Notes under the pieces: model-generated
Database searches by the model: none
Seen by the model: the letters and a program-made list of their open reading frames with translations, nothing else
Told to the model about the DNA's origin: nothing
Position numbers and translations under genes: made by a program
Shown: piece by piece, positions 9,035 through 10,631 of the stretch
How the letters are laid out: each line of letters begins with the position of its first letter
Position numbering within the stretch: the first letter of the stretch is position 1
Assembly (NCBI RefSeq): GCF_006345805.1
Contig: NW_021827358.1
Span: forward strand, 1-10,631
From: Octopus sinensis
Lineage: Eukaryota
Direction of reading: 5' to 3'
Length of the DNA: 10,631 nucleotides

Positions 9035-9192
9035 ACAATGGGCTTCCGTACAGTTTCCGACTACCGAATTCACTCCCACACCGTTGGTCAGCGCGGTGCT
9101 ATAGTATAAGTCACTTGCCCAAGGTAGCACATAATGGGATTGAACTTGAAACCACGTGGCTGCAAAGCGAACTTTTGAACCATACGGCCATC
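9035..9192 (-). mobile_element. 5' half (tRNA head + CORE) of a CORE-SINE, strongly diverged
   Basis: Minus strand reads GGCCGTATGGTTC...AAGTTCAATCCC...ACCTTGGGCAAGTGACTTATACTATAGC...CGGAAACTGTACGGAAGCCC. Confidence 0.87.
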
Positions 9193-9194
9193 TA

Positions 9195-9357
9195 TGCATA
9201 TATGTACGTATGTGTGTATGTATGTATGTATGTATCTATGTATGTATGTATGTATGTATGTATGCGTGTGTGTGTATATATATAGGTATATATGCATGTG
9301 TGTATGTATGTATATATATATATATATATATATAGGTATATATGTGTGTGTGTATAT
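9195..9357. repeat. (TATG)n/(TA)n/(TG)n microsatellite
   Basis: Directly visible. Confidence 0.93.
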
Positions 9358-9479
9358 ATCACCGTGATCACCGTGACCGACCAGGCTATCAGATGTTGGT
9401 ACACATCGCTGGTCACAATGCGCTTCGCATTGTTTTAGCCTTCAAATGATGCCACCCCGCTGGCTAAGCGAGCAGGCCA

Positions 9480-9480
<1 letters not shown>
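9358..9480 (-). mobile_element. 3' fragment of a retroposon (probable SINE) with an RTE-like tail
   Basis: The last ~65 nt align with the RTE 3' end at 7355-7420 (TGACCGACCAG, TCAG, CGCTGGTCACA, tandem tail). Similarity stops upstream, where the matching frame has a stop. Confidence 0.7.
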
Positions 9481-9521
<41 letters not shown>

Positions 9522-9620
9522 TGCATGTATGTATGTGTATATGTTTGCATGTATGTGTATTTGCACGTGAGTAGCAACAGGAAGCGAGCGTATAAACATG
9601 TGGATATTATTATTGCCATT

Positions 9621-9759
9621 GCGGAGGTGGCAGAATATGCCTCATATGCCTTCGGGTTTGATAAAATAAATACCAGTAATACACCATGAGTGATGTAATC
9701 GACTTTCCCTCCCCTCAAAAACAGCTGGCTCCGTGCCAAAATTTGAAGCTATTATTATT
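9621..9759 (+). mobile_element. Degenerate family A SINE with a large internal deletion
   Basis: GGAGGTGGCAGAAT head remnant, then TTCGGGTTTGATAAAATAAATACCAGT...GATGTAATCGACTTTCCCTCCCCTC...GTGCCAAAATTTGAAGCTATTATTATT. Confidence 0.75.
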
Positions 9760-10099
9760 GTTTGTTGCTGTTGTTGTCAATACACCGCTCAGTTTGATCA
9801 AACAAAACGAGGATTATCTAAGGCGTTCCAGTCGTGGCCATCCCATATTCTCCTAAAGAATCGCATTATCCAACGTGTCTTATAATTTTCTCTCATGGAC
9901 GCGTGTATTTGAAGGAGATCTAGGTGATATATCTCGAACAGGTCGAGCGAGCATGTGTATGATTTGCAGGCGTGCACATTCATAAGTTCTATGAATGTAT
10001 ACATGCATATAATATGCACATATGCACATGCATACAATATATTCCACGTGAATATTATTTAGTATATGCCGACGCTCTTGCAGTATATGCAGATATAAA

Positions 10100-10631
10100 G
10101 GCGGCGAGCTGGCAGAAACGTTAGCGCGCCGGGCGAAATACTTAGCGGTATTTCGTCTGTCGCTACGTTCTGAGTTCAAATTCCGCCGAGGTCGACTTTG
10201 CCTTTCATCCTTTCGGGGTCGATAAATTAAGTACCAGTAACACACTGGGGGTCGATGTAATTGACTTAATACCTATGTCTGTCCTTGTTTGTCCCCTCTG
10301 TGTTTAGCCCCTTGTGGGTAATAAAGAAATAGAAATAGGTATTTTGTCTGTCGCTACGTCGTGAGTTCAAATTCCGCCGAGGTCGACTTTGCCTTTCATT
10401 CTTTCGGGGTCGATAAATTAAGTACCAGTAACGCACTGGGGGTCGATGTAATTGACTTAATACCTATGTCTGTCCTTGTTTGTCCCCTCTGTGTTTAGCC
10501 CCTTGTGGGTAATAGAAATAGAAATAGGTATTTTGTCTGTCGCTACGTCGTGAGTTCAAATTCCGCCGAGGTCGACTTTGCCTTTCATTCTTCGGGGTCG
10601 ATAAATTAAGTACCAGTAACGCACTGGGGGT
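10100..10631 (+). mobile_element. Family A SINE followed by head-to-tail tandem copies of its body; the array runs off the window
   Basis: Full head at 10100-10146. Units start GGTATTT at 10147, 10338 and 10527 (periods 191 and 189 bp). Each unit carries the B box and core; the two complete units end in a GAAATA tail. Confidence 0.96.

Noticed and set aside
9785-9960. Possible very old SINE or MITE remnants (AAGGCGTTCCAGTCGTGGCCATCCC; TTGAAGGAGAT...AGGTCGAGCGA)
   Set aside because: Familiar-looking only from recall; no second copy in the window or structural hallmark to support boundaries.
10147-10631. Direct repeats as a CRISPR array
   Set aside because: Units are ~190-bp contiguous SINE bodies with no unique spacers, in a eukaryotic context.

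Overview
Eukaryotic, repeat-dense DNA with no intact protein-coding gene, rRNA, true tRNA or CRISPR array. The mix of (TA)n/(CATA)n/(ATCT)n microsatellites and tRNA-derived SINEs resembles octopus/cephalopod genomic DNA; this is inferred from my recall of these SINE families, not from a database search. Contents: (i) three tRNA-headed SINE families, labelled here A (TTTCATCCTTTCGGGGTCGATAAA core), B (1896-2277) and CORE/OR2-like; (ii) dead fragments of three non-LTR retrotransposon groups: a restriction-like endonuclease (R2 superfamily), an L1/Tx1 3' end and an RTE 3' end; (iii) one structurally complete 509-bp non-autonomous Helitron and a probable second Helitron end; (iv) a 291-bp near-perfect palindrome; (v) a SINE expanding into a ~190-bp tandem array at the right edge. 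Most ORFs in the supplied track are microsatellite or antisense artefacts. The most interesting signals are the palindrome, a probable SINE tail sharing a covarying stem-loop with the RTE 3' end, three rearrangement breakpoints in one hairpin of the family A head, swappable SINE tails, and the tandem array. I see no convincing novel protein-coding system.
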